A stretch of DNA of 64,000 nucleotides from Mobula hypostoma. Its lineage: Eukaryota. The position numbers and the translations under genes are program-made. The DNA lies in assembly GCF_963921235.1 (NCBI RefSeq), contig NC_086108.1, positions 93,312,001 to 93,376,000 of the forward strand. The letters run 5' to 3'. Within the stretch, counting starts at the first letter, position 1. Every line of letters begins with the position of its first letter. The notes below the pieces were generated by a model. That model had not been told where the DNA came from. It saw only the letters and a list, made by a program, of their open reading frames with translations, and made no database searches. Shown here piece after piece: positions 13,638-26,861 of this stretch.

Positions 13638-15045
13638 CAGTGCCTATAAAAAGTATTCACCTCCCTTGGAAATTTTCACGTTTTATTGTCTTACAATATT
13701 GATTAACACAGTGATTCAATTTGGCTTTTTTGACACTGATAAACAGAAGAAGACTTTTGTGTCAAAGTGAAAACAGATCTCTAGAAAGTGATCCAAATTA
13801 ACTACAAATATAAAACACAAAATAATTGATTGCATAAGTATCCACCCCCTTTAATATGACACATTAAATCATCACAGGTGTAGCCAATTGATCTTAAAAG
13901 TCACGTAGTTAGTTAAATGGAGATCTGCTTTTGGAGATCTGTGTGCAGACAAGGTGTTTCAATTGACTGTAGTAAAAATACACCTGTATCTGGAAGGTCC
14001 AACTGCTGGTGAGTCAGTATCCTGGCAAAAACTACACCGTGAAGACAAAAGAACACTCCAAGCAACTTCACAAAAAGATTATTGAAAAGCATAATCAGCA
14101 GATGGATATAAGAAACTTTCCAAGTCACTGAATATCCTTGCAGTACAGTTAAGTCAATCATCAAGAAATGAAAAGAATAAGAATCAGCCATAAGTCTGCC
14201 TAGAGCTGGCCATCCTCAAAAAACTGAGTGACTATGCAAGAAGGGGATTAGTGGGGGAGGCCACCAAGAGACCTGTGACAACTCTGGAGGAATTACAAGC
14301 TTCAGTAGCTGAGATGGGAGAGACTGCACATACAACAACTGGCACTTCATCAGTTGCAGCTTTACGAGAGAGTGGCAAAGAGAAAGCCACTGTTGAAAAA
14401 ACTCACATGAAATCTCAGCTAGAGTTTGCTAGAAGGCATGTGGGAGACTCTGAAGTCAGCTGGAAGAAGGTTCTATGGTCTGATGAAACCAAAATTGAAC
14501 TTTTTGGCCATCAGACTAAACACTGCACATCATCAAGAACACGCCATCCCTACCGTGAAGCATGTTAGTGACTGCATCATGCTGTGGGGATGCTTCACTG
14601 CAGCAGGCCCTGGATGGTTTGTGAAGGTAGAGGGTAAAATGAATGCAGCAAAATACCAGGAAATCCTGGAGGAAAACCTGATTCAGTCTGCAGGAGAACT
14701 GCAACTTGGAAAAAGATTTGTTTTCCAGCAAGACAATGACCCCAAGCATAAAGCCAAAGCTACACAGGAATAGCTTAAAAACAACAAAGTTAATGTCTTG
14801 GAGTGGCCAAGTCAGAGTCCAAACCTCAATCCAAATGAGAATTTGTGTCTGGACTTGAAAAGGGCTATTCACTCATGATCCCCATTCAATCTGAAAGAGC
14901 TTGAGCAGTTTTGTAAAGAATGGGAGAAAAATTGCAGTGTCCAGATGTGCAAAGCTGGTAGGAATCTATCCACACGCACTCAAGCCTGTAATTGCTTCCA
15001 AAGGTGCATCTAATAAATACTGACTTGAAGGGGCTAAGTACTTAT
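13638..15045 (+). mobile_element. Tc1/mariner transposon (degraded, right TIR truncated) inside the Gypsy RT
   Basis: TA|CAGTGCCTATAAAAAGTATTC terminus. Motifs WSDETK, FQQDNDPKH and WPSQSPNLNP, with stops. Confidence 0.9.
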
Positions 15046-15185
15046 TGTCACACAAAGATTACACAAGTGTTTTGAGAAAGTTCAGTCTGTGGTGGATGCC
15101 CCAAAGCCAGAGAATGTGCCACAGTCAGAATCAGAGTCAGGTTTATTATCACCGGCAGGTGACGTGAAATTTGTTAACTCAGCAA

Positions 15186-15660
15186 ATTAACACCTGGCGG
15201 AGAATCTCACCTGATCCCTCGACACCAGCTCCATAGCAAAGAAGGCCCAGCAGCATCTTTACTTACTACGAAGGCTGAGGAAAATCCATCTCCCACCCCC
15301 ACCCTCATCCTCACCACATTCTACAGAGGTTGTATTGAGAGCATCCTGAGCAGCTGCATCACTGCCTGGTTCAGAAATTCCACCATCTCGGATTACAAGA
15401 CCCTGCAGCTGATACTGAGGTCAGCTGAGAAGATCATCAGGGTCTCTCTTCCCGCCATTACAGACAATTACACCACACTCTGCATCCGTAAAGCAAACAG
15501 CATTATGAAGGACCCCACGCACCCCTCATACAAACTCTTCTCCCTCCTGCCATCTGGCAAAAGACAGTGAAGTATTCGGGCTCTCACGACCAGACTATGT
15601 AACAGTTTCTTCTCCCAAGTCATCAGACTCCTCAATAACCAGAGCCTGGACTGACAGCAA
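15186..15660 (+). mobile_element. Rex1-like LINE 3' coding fragment
   Basis: AKKAQQHLYLLRRLRK..FYRGCIESILSSCITAWF..LLPSGKR motifs. Confidence 0.75.
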
Positions 15661-15725
15661 CTTACTGCCACTGGACTGAGCAGGGAGAAAATCACTTTTC
15701 TCAAACTCCATGTGTCTTGGGTCAG

Positions 15726-16428
15726 TGTGACTTGGGTCCCACCAAAAGCTCACACATTATGATCTGTGTGAATACTGTGTAAATACTGCCACCATGCAAT
15801 TAGCCAATGGCGAGAAATAACAGATCGTACACTGCAGACAATTATAAAGGAAGTATATTTACAAATTTCAGCTTTATCAATCAGTTAGTAGGAAAAAGAA
15901 AAGAAAAAAATTTTTAAAAAGGGCCTATTACAGTTAACCCAGTCCAAATGTGAACATAAGTTGGAGGTCATCTTGAAGTTGTCTTTAACTCAAGTGCTAG
16001 ACCCATGGTCTTCATGAAAGCACACACCATTTTACGAATGTTGCTCAAAATCCGTCTCAAACAAATGAACCGCGCCCCCCTCGCACCCTACAAGAGTATC
16101 GGTCCTTCCTCCTTGTTACACAAAGCACCTTGTGCAACAGGGATGGCATATTCAGTGATCTTCCCTCCTGTCTTCTCCCAGCTCCCGCCAAAAAGACCTC
16201 GATCCACACCAGCGTCCATCTCCAAAACCTCTCCACCCAGTGTTCTCTTCAGCCTTTTCTTATTCCACCATCCTGATTGGCTGACACAACACTCCTAAGT
16301 TAAACAACATAGCGCATTATCTTTAGCGCAAACCCAAACATGCTAAAAAGCAGAACAGACCGCTCTTACAGAACTACTAAAGTGAAATACCTACAGCCTA
16401 GCAGTAAAATCTTAGCCAGGGTGTTACA
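15726..16428 (-). mobile_element. Probable solo LTR (~700 bp)
   Basis: Bounded by TGTGAC...GTTACA (TG..CA with short inverted termini). No coding signal and no TSD seen. Confidence 0.4.
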
Positions 16429-16888
16429 TATATAAGTGAAGATGAATTCTACACTGAGTAGGAGTTTCTAGCTAAGCAAGGAGGAGTGTTGTGTAGTTAA
16501 TATTTCAGTAATATTGTAAATATATTGTATGACTAAGCAGTCTTTGTTTGTTGTAATAATTCATTATGGTTATATGTAGGAAGTGCGCGAATGGCATACG
16601 TCATCATATTGCCCAGTCATACACGCGCATCTCGCTAGAAGTAAAAATGAAACTAATATGCATCTGTGCCAGCTTCCCTTGTTTTTATTTCGATTAGATT
16701 TATGTTTTGGAATTAGATCCCCACCTTGTCTGGGAGCACCAGCTCTTCGCAACACTCAAGGGCTTCCTATAGACTCGCCTGTAAACAGCAAGCTGTTAAG
16801 GAGGTGAGTGGTATTGAATTTATTGAGTCAGCGTATAAAGAAATCTTACTGTGATTACGTAGGGAAAGCTAACATTGCAGATGCTATG

Positions 16889-17345
16889 AATCTGAAATAA
16901 AAGTTTAAAAACGCTGGAACGCTCACCTAGTCAGTCATCATCAGAGGAAAAAGAAGCAGAGTTAGTGTTTCAGGTCTGAGACCCCTCATCAGAAGTGGGA
17001 AGGAGAGAAGACAATTTAGTTTTCAGCAGCTGAGAAGACGGGTAGGACAAAACGGAATATCTTTGACAGGCAAAGGAATATCATTGATAGGCTGAGACGA
17101 AATGAGTTAACGTAGCAGTTACAACAGTTAGACACAGATGATACAGTCGTAGAGAATGGGAACTGGGCCTTCAGTCCATGCTAGTCTAACTGATCAGTGC
17201 TGACCAAGATTCTCATCTAAGCTCGTCCCATTATGCATTTTTACCCATGTATTCTGTTGCTAACAGCAATGATATGCCCAGTAAACCAGAATGAAATACT
17301 AGTCAGTGGAGCATTTGCCTTCTATCTGCAACTTCTTGTTGCCTA
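16889..17345 (+). repeat. Local direct repeat, copy 1 (~455 bp)
   Basis: Nearly identical to 19700-20157, including composite junctions. Confidence 0.9.
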
Positions 17346-17989
17346 ACATTTTAACTCACCATCAGACTTTCAGCTGAATCTGTCTAAATTGTTACAATAA
17401 GGGCCCAATGCATGCTTGAGGAACTATGCCTCGTTTTCTGTGTGGGCACATTGCAGGTTGTCGTACTCACCACCACAGTACCCAATTCTCTCACTTGAGC
17501 TATCTCACTCTTTCTTTTCTGTCTGTACTGGAACCAGCCATTTCTGTCACTCATCACATTGGCTCAGTTTGGCAATTCCTCAGCACTAACCTCGTGTTTC
17601 CTGGCAAACCATAATGATATACAGCCACTTTTCAAAGAACCCCACTATTTGGAGTTGGGAAATAATGTGGTGTGGCAAAAGGCCAGTTTGTCGGAAACAC
17701 GAATTTCATCACATCCATGATCGAACAAAGGATGAGTAAAACCAGTTGCTGAATCTTTATAATTCCTTCCATAAAACTCTCAATCTCCGTATAATTCTTT
17801 ATTTTGCCTCTTAAAACCTACCTCTTCACTGTTTGGTTGCTTGTCTCAAGGTGTCTTTCTGTGACCTATTCATGTTTCAGTTTATTTTTTAATTATTTTA
17901 GTTTTTGAGCTTGATCTAAACAGAAAACAGCACATTCTTCAACACAAACGAATGGAATTTGCTCCAGGGCAGCCTTCCCCTGTAACATA

Positions 17990-18546
17990 CACTCAGTGGC
18001 CACTCTATTAGGTACCTCTTGTACATAATAAAGTGGCCACGGAGTGATGTTCATTGTCTTCTGCTGCTGTAGCCCATCCACTTCAAGGTTCGACATGTTG
18101 TACATTCAGAGATGCTCTTCTGCACACCACTGTTGTAAGACTTGGTTAATGAGTTACTGCTGCATTCCTGTCTGTTAGAACGAGCCTGGACATTCTCCTC
18201 TGAACTTCTCATTAACAAGCCACTTTCACCCACAGAATTGCCACTGATTGGATGTTGTTGTTTATCGCACCTTTCTCTGGTAAACTCTAGCGACTGTTGC
18301 GTAAGAAAATCCCGGGAGATCAGCAGTTTTTGAGATACTCGAACCATCCTGTCTGGCAAGCAACAATCATTCCACAGTCAAAGTCACTTAGATCAAATTT
18401 CTTCCCCATTCTGGTGTTTGGTCTCCACAACCACTGAACCTCTAGGCCATATCTGCACTCTTTTATGCAGCCACATGGATGGCTGGTTAGATGTTTGCCT
18501 TAACAAGTAGGTGTACAGGTGTAGCTAATAAAGTGGCCACTGAGTA
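17990..18546 (-). mobile_element. Non-autonomous Tc1-derived element
   Basis: TIRs CACTCAGTGGCCACT(C/T)TATTA flanked by TA. Truncated HTH-transposase remnant. Same family as 49021-49554 and 61777-62253. Confidence 0.8.
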
Positions 18547-18854
18547 TATATCAGAGGAAGGACGTCTCTTTGAGGTATGCCTATCCTGAAGAAGTTTAAA
18601 TTTTCTCTTCAACAGGGGGTCAGTGAACCCTCTCACAATACTCTCCCTCTGTGATCCCTGCTGCTCTCTGGCTCCTCGACCATGTTCTGTTGCACGGGGC
18701 GACTGAGGAGAACCCAAGTGCAGGACACTGGCACGTTGACTGAGTTGGGCATACTGGCGTAGACGTGAATGTAGAACAGCAAACCGGAGGAATCTTGACA
18801 AGGAGACGGGATCTACAGGGACTATCTTGAAACTAGAGCAGAACTTAGAACTAA

Positions 18855-19100
18855 ACTTCTTCACACAGAGAGTGGTGAATCTGTGGAATTCTCTACCACA
18901 GCAAACTGTTGAGGCCAGTTCATTAGCTATGTTTAAAAGGAAGTTAGATATGGCCCTTGTGGCTACAGGGGTCAGGGGGTATGGAGGGAAGGCTGGGTTC
19001 TGAGTTGGATGATCAGCCATGATCATAATAAATGGCGGTGCAGGCTCGAAGGGCTGAATGGCCTACTCCTGCACCTATTTTCTATGTTTCTATGTTTCTA
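18855..19100 (+). mobile_element. CR1 3'-end fragment
   Basis: FFTQRVVNLWNSLP-coding sequence, CR1 3' UTR and (TTTCTATG)n tail. Confidence 0.85.
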
Positions 19101-19438
19101 AACCAGGTGTACCGTAATTAAGTAAACTAGCAGCAATTGGAAATCTAATGGCTGTAATTAGGGCATAACCAGGGAGAAAAGAGCGTTAAAGGGGAACAAC
19201 CAAACGGAACCATGACATGTTCTCCACCAGACTCATTACCTTGTCTCCTTCCCCTACCTCACCTTCTTATTCTGGCTTCTGCCCCTTTTCTTTCCAGTCC
19301 TGGTGAAGGGTCTTGGCCCGAAACATTGATAGTTTATTCCCCTCCATAGGTACTGAGTTCCTCCAGAATTTTGCTTTGCTGAGATCAGATGGGATCAGAT
19401 ACTTTAAAACAGGTACTCATAAGTTCAATGTTTCCTAC

Positions 19439-19586
19439 CTGCAGGCTGTGGTCATGGCCGCTGATGTAGGCTGTCACGTTGTATGTTTTTAGAAGTGGCC
19501 TCAGCTGATCCATGAGACAAGGAGTTGGACCGTGATGCCCAATGGACCATACAGGGTAGTGACCAGCAACTATCAGGTAGTCTGCC
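19439..19586 (-). CDS. ACP5: ACP5-like coding exon 5: [49 protein letters not shown]
   Basis: Acceptor ttacttcag|, donor CAG|gtagga, 148 nt. VAGHYP and GHDH metal-ligand motifs. Confidence 0.97.
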
Positions 19587-19699
19587 CTGAAGTAACAGCA
19601 CAGTGGATTTAACACCTGTAAATTCCATTATTTATCAAAGAGGTTTGAGCTATCATCATCATTATCACCATTATGTGCCATATTGTATGACATGTTATA

Positions 19700-20157
19700 A
19701 ATCTGAAATAAAAGTTCGAAAATGCTGGAACGCTCACCTAGTCAGTCATCATCAGAGTAAAGAGAAGCAGAGTTAGTGTTTCAGGTCTGAGACCCCTCAT
19801 CAGAAGTGGGAAAGAGAGAGAACAATTTAGTTTTCAGCAGCTGAGAAGACGGGTAGGACAAAACGGAATATCTTTGACAGGTAAAGGAATATTATTGATA
19901 GGCTGAGACGAAGTGAGTTAATGTAGCAGTTACAATAGTTAGACACAGATGATACAGTCGTAGAGAATGAGAAGGGGCCCTTTGCTCCATGCTGGTCCAA
20001 ATGGTCGATGCTGACCAAGATTCTCATCTAAGCTAGTCCCATTATGCATTTTTATCTGTGTATTCTGTTGCTAACAGTAATGACACGCCCAGCAGTCCAG
20101 ACGGAAATAATAGTCTGTGGGGCATCTGCATTCTATCCACAACTTCCTGTTGCCTGA
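19700..20157 (+). repeat. Local direct repeat, copy 2
   Basis: Long exact blocks shared with 16889-17345, e.g. GAAGCAGAGTTAGTGTTTCAGGTCTGAGACCCCTCATCAGAAGTGGGAA. Confidence 0.9.
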
Positions 20158-20997
20158 TATAGCTTTAACCATGATTATTCTGGGTGAATTTTTGGACAGA
20201 AGTGGTGTCCCATTGCCTTCTTCTAGGCAGCGTCTTCACAAGACGGGTGACCCGAGCCATCATCAGTACACTTCAGAGATTGCATGGAGTCAGTGGTCAC
20301 ATAACCAGGACTCGCGATATGCACCGGCTGCTCACACGAACATTCACCACCTGCTCCCATGGCTTCAAGTGACCCTGATCGGGGGGATAAGCAGGTGCTA
20401 CACCTTACCCAAGGGTGATCTGTCGGAGCACCTTACACCAGATGTATCTCCACCCGCCACCTGATTTAAGGTATGAATTTACAAAATAAACCATTGTGGT
20501 TTTTTAAAATTATTGGACGGATGCACAGTGTTCAATAATATTGCAAGTACTGAGATTTTTATAACTGCTGTTTACAGTCTTTTAATCACTGTTTGCATTC
20601 ATTTAATATATCTCAAGGAAAGTGATCACAGCTTTATCAAGAGACACTTATACAAAACCTTGTAGGAAAGCATTGGAACAAGCAACCAGATGGTAAAGAG
20701 TATGGTTTAAAAAGCCAAAACAGGATGCGAAAGATTGAGAAACACACATTAAATACACACACATCACACAAACAAGGTCTGTGGAAATGCAGCAGGTCAG
20801 GTAGTATCTAAGGAGGGGAACAAACAGTTGATGTTTCAGGCCGAGACCCTTCGTCAAGAGAGATTGAGAGTTTTACAGAAGGAATTCAAGAAAAAAGACA
20901 GCTGGAACTGCTTAATCTTCAATTATGAGTTTGATGATACTAGTGGTCAATGATCAACTTCATTTCAAAGTCAATTAATTATTGTGCCATCCCCCTT

Positions 20998-21280
20998 GGT
21001 GGCACGATAGCGTGGTGGGTAGCACCACACCTTGCAGTGCCAGGGACCGGGGTTCAATCCCCACCTCTGTCTGTAAGGAGGTTGTGCTGTACGTTCTCCC
21101 TGTGACCGCTTGGGTTTCCTCCGGGTGCTCCAGTTTCCTCCCATAGTCCGAAGATGTACCAGTTGGTAGGTTGGTTGGTCATTGTAAATTATCCCATGAT
21201 TAGCCTGGGATTATGGGTGGCATGGCTCAAAGGGCCAGAGAACCTATTCCACACTGTATCTCAATAAATTTAATAAAAAA
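20998..21280 (+). mobile_element. tRNA-derived SINE
   Basis: A-box-like TAGCGTGGTGG, B-box GGTTCAATCC, central GGGTTTCCTCCGGGTGCTCC and A-rich tail. A related copy lies at ~45251-45552. Confidence 0.75.
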
Positions 21281-21294
21281 TTTAAAATGCCTTT

Positions 21295-24200
21295 TGTTTT
21301 GCAAAGGAGAAGCCAGGACGGTGTGCTGTGTCCCAGCTACCGGGGTCCGGGATGTCTCAGAGCGGCTGCAGGAGATTCTAGAGGAGGAGAGTGATCAGCC
21401 AGAGGTCATGGTGCACGTTGGCACCAGTGACATAGGTAGAAAGGGGGAAGAGGTCCTGCGCAGTGATTATAGGGAGTTTGGGAAAAAACGGAAGAGTAGG
21501 GCATCCAAGGTAGTCATTTGCAGACTTCCAGTGCCATGTGCTAGTCAGGGCGGGAATAGGATGATGGTGATGACGATGCAGATGAATAAGTGGCTGAAGA
21601 AGTGGTGCGGGGGCAATGTTTCAGATTTCCAGGTCATTGGACTCTCTTCTAGGGAAGGTATGACCTGTATAGAAAGGGTGGGTTACACCTGAACCTAATG
21701 GAGACCAAAGTCTTTGCAGGCGGGTTTTCTAGAGCTGTTGCAGAGGGTTTTTACTAAGGATGATGTGAATCAGGGCTGAGGATGGGGCAGTCGGTATACT
21801 AGTCGATGCAGTGTGTAATAAGACTGAGGAAGGACGGGCAGATGACGGGGTAAAATTGCAGTCAGTGGGATGAGGTGAAGTGTAACGTGGGGGCAAAAAC
21901 AAAAAGAGTGATGAATACAGGGATGAAGGTGTTATATTTAAGTGCACGCAGTATATGGAATAAGGTAGATGATCTTGTAGCAGCTATGATATTGTGGGCA
22001 TCACTGAGTCATGGCTGAAAGGAGATCATAGTTGGGAGCTTAACAGCTAAGGAAGCACATTGTATTGAAAGGACAGGCAGGAAGACGGGGGGTGGTGGGT
22101 TGACTCTGTTAGTAAAAAATTAAATCAAAACCTTAGAAAAAGGTAGCATAGGATCAGAAGATGGAGAATTGTTTTGGGTAAAAACACCCTGTTGAGAGTT
22201 ATAGACAGGCACCCAGACTATAGCCAGGATGTGGGATAAATTTCAAAAGGAAATAGAAAACATGTAAAAAGACTAATGTTATGATAGTCATGGGGGATTT
22301 CAATATGCAGATAGATTTTGGAAAATCAGGTTGGATCCCAAGAGGGAATTTTTTAGAATGCCTATGAGATGGGATTTTAGAGCAGCTTGTGGTTGATCCC
22401 TGTGTGGCACGTGGCCAAGTGGTTTAAGTGTCGGTCTAGTGATCTGAAGGTCACTAATTCGAGCCTCAGCTGAGGCAGCATGTTGTGTCCTTGAGCAAGG
22501 TACTTAACCACACATTGCTCTGCGACAACACTGGTGCCAAACTGTATGGATCCTAGTGCCCTTCCCTTGGACAACATTGATAGCATGGAGAGGGGAGACT
22601 TGCAGCATGGGCAACTGCCGGTCTTCCATACAACCTTGCCCAGTCAACATCGAAAATCGATGGACAGCTGAAGAAGAAGTGGTTGAGCCCACTAGGAGAT
22701 CAGCAGTTTTGGATTGGGTGTTGTGTAATGAGCCAGATTTGATTGGGAGATTAAGGTAAAGGAACACGTGGGGGTCAGTGATCATAATATGATAGAATTC
22801 ACCCTGTAGATTGAGAGGGCAAAGCTAAGGTCAGATGTATCAGAATTACAGTGGAGTAAAGGGAATTACTGAGGCATGAGAGAGAAACTGGCAAAGTTGA
22901 TTGGAAGGGGACACTAGCAGGGATGATGATAGAACAGCAATGGCTGGAGTTTCTGGTGGGGGGGGCAGATTTGGAAGGTGTAGGATAGATACATCCCAAA
23001 GATGAATAAGTATTCTAAAGGGAGGATGAGGCAACCATGGATAACAAGGGAAATCAAAGATAGCATAAAATCACAAAATCATCACAATATAACAAAAATT
23101 ATTGGGAAGTTAGAGCATTGGTAAGCTTTAAAAAAACCAACAGATGGCACCTAAAAAAACATAAGGAGTGAAAAGATGAAATATGAAGGTAAGATAGCCA
23201 AAAATATCAAAAAGGGCGTGGAAAGTTTTTTCAGATATATAAAGAGTAAAAGAGAGGCAAGAGAGTGGAAAGTGAAGCTAGAGATGCATATAGTAATGGG
23301 GACAAAGAAATGGCAGACAAATTTAAAAAGCATTTTGCGTCAGTCTTCACTGTGGAAGACATTAGCAGAATGCCAGAAATTTGAGAGTGTCAGGGGGTAG
23401 AACCAAGTGTAGTTGGCATTACTAATGAAAAGGTGCTCGGTAAGCTGAAAGGTAAGTGAGTGACTTAGATCTGACGGACTACACCCCAGGGTTCTGAAAG
23501 AAGTAGCCGAAGAGATTGTGGAGGTATTAGTAATGATCTTTCAAAAATCACTAGACTCTGGAATGGTTGCAGAGGAGTGGAAATTTGGAAAAGTCGCTCC
23601 ACTCTTTAAGAAGGGAGGGGAGCAGAAGAAAGGAAAGTACAAAGTTCAAAGTTAAGTTACATTTATTATCAAAGAATGTATGCGGAACACAACCCTGAGA
23701 TTCGTCTTCCCACAGACAACCATGAAACAACGAGACGCCATTTAGCATGACTTCAGTGGTTGGGAAGAACTTGGAGTCCATTATTAAGTATGAGGTTTTG
23801 AGGTACTTGGAGGCACATGATAAAATAGACCAAAATCAGCATAGTTTCTTTAAGGGGAAATCTTGCCTGACAAATCTGTTGGAATTCTTTGAGGAAATAA
23901 CAGACTGGATAGAGGAAGGAGAATCAATGGATGTTGCTTACTTGGATTTTCAGAAGGCCTTTGACAAGTTGCTTAATATGAGGCTGATTAACATGACAGA
24001 AGTCCATGTTATTACAGGAAATATACTAGCATGGAGAGAAGACTGGGTTATCGGTAGGAGGCAAGGAGTAGAATTACAGAAGCCTGTTCTGGTTGGCTGC
24101 CAGGGACAAGTGGTGATCCATAGAGGTCAGCATTAGGTCTGCTTCATTTCACGTTAAATGTCAATGATTTGGATGACAGAATTGATGGTTTTGTGGCCAA

Positions 24201-25110
24201 GTTTGCAGATGGCAAAAAGATAGGTAGAGGAGCAGATAGTGTTGAGGAAGCAGGGAGTCTGCAGGAGGACTTGGACGGATTGGGAGAATGGGCAAAGAAG
24301 TGTTAAATAGAATATACCGCAAGGAAGTCTATGGTCATGCTCTTTGGTAGGAGGAATAAGGGCGTAGACTATTTTCTAAACGCAGAGAAATTTCAAAAAT
24401 CAGAGTTGCAAAAGGACTTGGGATTTCCTAAAGATTAACCTGTAGGTTGAGCCGGTGGTAAGGAAGACAAAAACAATGTTAGCATTTATTTTGAGAGGCT
24501 AGAATATAAGCAAGGATATGATGCTGAGGCTTTATAAGGCATTAGTTAGATAGCACTTTTAATATTGTTAAGTAGTTTTAGCTGTTTATCTAAGAAAAGA
24601 TGTGCTGAATTTGGAGAGGATCCAGAGGAGGTTCACAAAAATTATTCCAGGAATAAGAAGGCCAATGTATGAGGAGCATTTAATGGTTCTGGGATTGTAC
24701 TCCTGGAGTTTAGAAGAATGGTGGGTGGGATCTTATTGAAACCTGTCGAATATTGAAAGGACTAGATAGAGTGGACATGGAGAGTATGTTTCCTATCATG
24801 GATAAATCTAGGGCCAGAGGGCACAGACTCAGAATAGAGGGATATCCATTCAGAACAGAGATGAGAAAGAATTTGTTTAGCCGAAGGATGGTAAATCTGT
24901 GGAATTCATTGCCATAGACTGCTGTGGAGGCCAAGTCATTGGGCATATTTAAAGCAGAGCTTGATAGGTTCTTGGTTAGTCGGGACATCAAAGGTTATGG
25001 GGAAAAGGCAGGAGAATGATACTGAGAGGGTTCATAAGTCAGCCACGATGGAGTGGCAGAGGTGACTTGAGAGGCTGAGTGGTCTAACTTGGCTCCTATG
25101 TCTTATGGTC
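21295..25110 (+). mobile_element. Long degraded CR1 LINE (ORF1 esterase, APE, RT)
   Basis: VMVHVGTSDIG (SGNH-like ORF1), MGDFN endonuclease, YLDFQKAFDK RT, and a 3' UTR ending TCTTATGGTC. Many stops. Confidence 0.88.
22401..22678 (+). mobile_element. tRNA/CORE-type SINE with (GAA)n tail and TSD, inside the CR1
   Basis: tRNA-like head TGGCCAAGTGG...TTCGAGCC, core-like TGTCCTTGAGCAAGGTACTTAACC and GAAGAAGAA tail. TSD GTGGTTGATCCC (22389-22400) / GTGGTTGAGCCC (22679-22690). Confidence 0.8.
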
Positions 25111-26861
25111 ATTCCACATGATATCCCAATGGTATCACTGGAAAGTTTTTATCGGTATACAGTAGTCCTTTAGGGAAATACAGGGTCTGAGTAAGAAATC
25201 ACCTTGTGTTCCAGCTGAAGAACTTGTACAAGATAACTTGAATAGTCTCTTCCTGTACTGTTTCTTCATGAAATCATTTTTTGTATCACACCTAGTTAGA
25301 GCTCAAAAAGCAATGGCAAACTACGGTCTGCGAACCTAAGAACCCAAAGCCTCCAAAGAGGGCAACTGACATTCAGCAATTCCAGCAGGGGTACGTCACC
25401 AACTTGCTCCAGGACTCAGATTTACTTAGTGACACTTGTCAATGATTTCTGGCCATGAGCTCCACTTTGAATCCATCTATGCTCCCCTGTCTTTCTTGGA
25501 TTCTTAAGTATTATGCTGCAATGTAACTTCTCTAAACCATGCCACATCAGGCTAGCATAGGATGGCAATTAAAATGAATGCAGTTTCACCCTTCCTTTAC
25601 CCCACCTGTCCTGCCCCCCACCTTCTTATTCTGGCTTCTTCCCCTTTCCTTTCCTGTCTTGATGAAAGGTTTCAACCCAAAATGTTGACTGTTTATTCCC
25701 CTTGAAAAGATGCTGACTTGCTATGTTCCACCAGCACTTCATGTGTGTTACCTTTCACTTTAATGGGGATTCTCAGCTGGCAGATGAGAGCTATAGTATA
25801 ATTACAGTACAGAAGGAGCTCGTTCGGCCCTTTGTATCCATTCTGGCTCCCCGTAAAGCAGTGCCAATGCCCTTCTATATCCATGAAGCTCTGAAAGATC
25901 CTCTTCCTCACGTACCTTACTATGACTCACCATCTTCTGATGTTCTCATGGGCAGTGCATTACCGGTCATTTAGAAGCAAAGTATTTCAAAGTAAATTGA
26001 TTTAATTTAATTAACTTACTTATTTTTATTTAGAGATACAGCAGTGTAGCAGGCCCTTTGAATCCAATGAGCCTACACTGCTCAATTCCACCCATGTGAC
26101 TGATTAACCTACTAATCCACACGTTATGTGGAATGTGGGAGGAAACCAGAGCACCCGGAGGAAACCCACGTGATCACAAGGGGTACACATAAACTCCTTA
26201 CAGAAAACTGCGGGAATTGAACACAGATCACTGACATTGTGATCTGTCAGTCTATTTAGTTTAGACTCATGTCATCTATTTCAGATAAAAGTGTTAAAAT
26301 TAATTATAGGCTTTGACAAAAGCCAAAGCTTTATGTTTAGCTTTGCCTCCTGTCTCAGAGTGCCAGGCAGACAGTTCCTGTTATGAAGGAGCAAGACAAT
26401 GTCACCTGACGCCAAGCTGGCACTGAGGCCTTGCTGCCAATCCCAGTTGAAGAGTCATAGAGGACCAGCGAGATAACGCCCCCCCCCCGTCAACAGCCAG
26501 ACTTGCAGAGTGCATGTGGGCAAGGGCCATGGACATGAAACTAGGCAAAAGACTAAAGCCATAGAGATCTAGCCCAGTCCAGATAATGGTCCTCCAAGTA
26601 TGCCTTGGAAAGTATGTGGATCAGCTCCTGCACCTGATGTCCGAACTTCCACATGGGCACTTGAATCCTCGTACATCATGTGCTACCTATATGGTGTTTC
26701 CCTTTACTTTCTCAAACTATTGAAACCAGAATTGTGAAGTATGAATACTAATTACACACTATCTAGACTTTAATTGATTTCTTTTGGCGGGTGGGGTGGG
26801 GGGGCGCGGTTTGTTCTGTTCTGTAAAACACCACTCTGGACATGATTTTTCTGAAAGTTAC

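Larger units (their letters stand above)
11865..16715 (+). mobile_element. Gypsy/Ty3 LTR retrotransposon relic with nested insertions
   Basis: 5' LTR 11865-12105 (TG...CA), then PBS TGGTGACAAG at 12107. Gag remnants with zinc knuckles (CYHCGTGSH; CNKVGHIQRAC). RT remnants (KKNGSARIFGDFKVTVN; VVDAPKPENV at ~15060-15125). Polypurine tract AAGGAGGAG before a homologous 3' LTR at 16487-~16715. Confidence 0.85.

Noticed and set aside
20998..21070. tRNA gene (also 22405-22470 and 45255-45330)
   Set aside because: A/B boxes continue into SINE bodies and tails, and no clean cloverleaf is visible.
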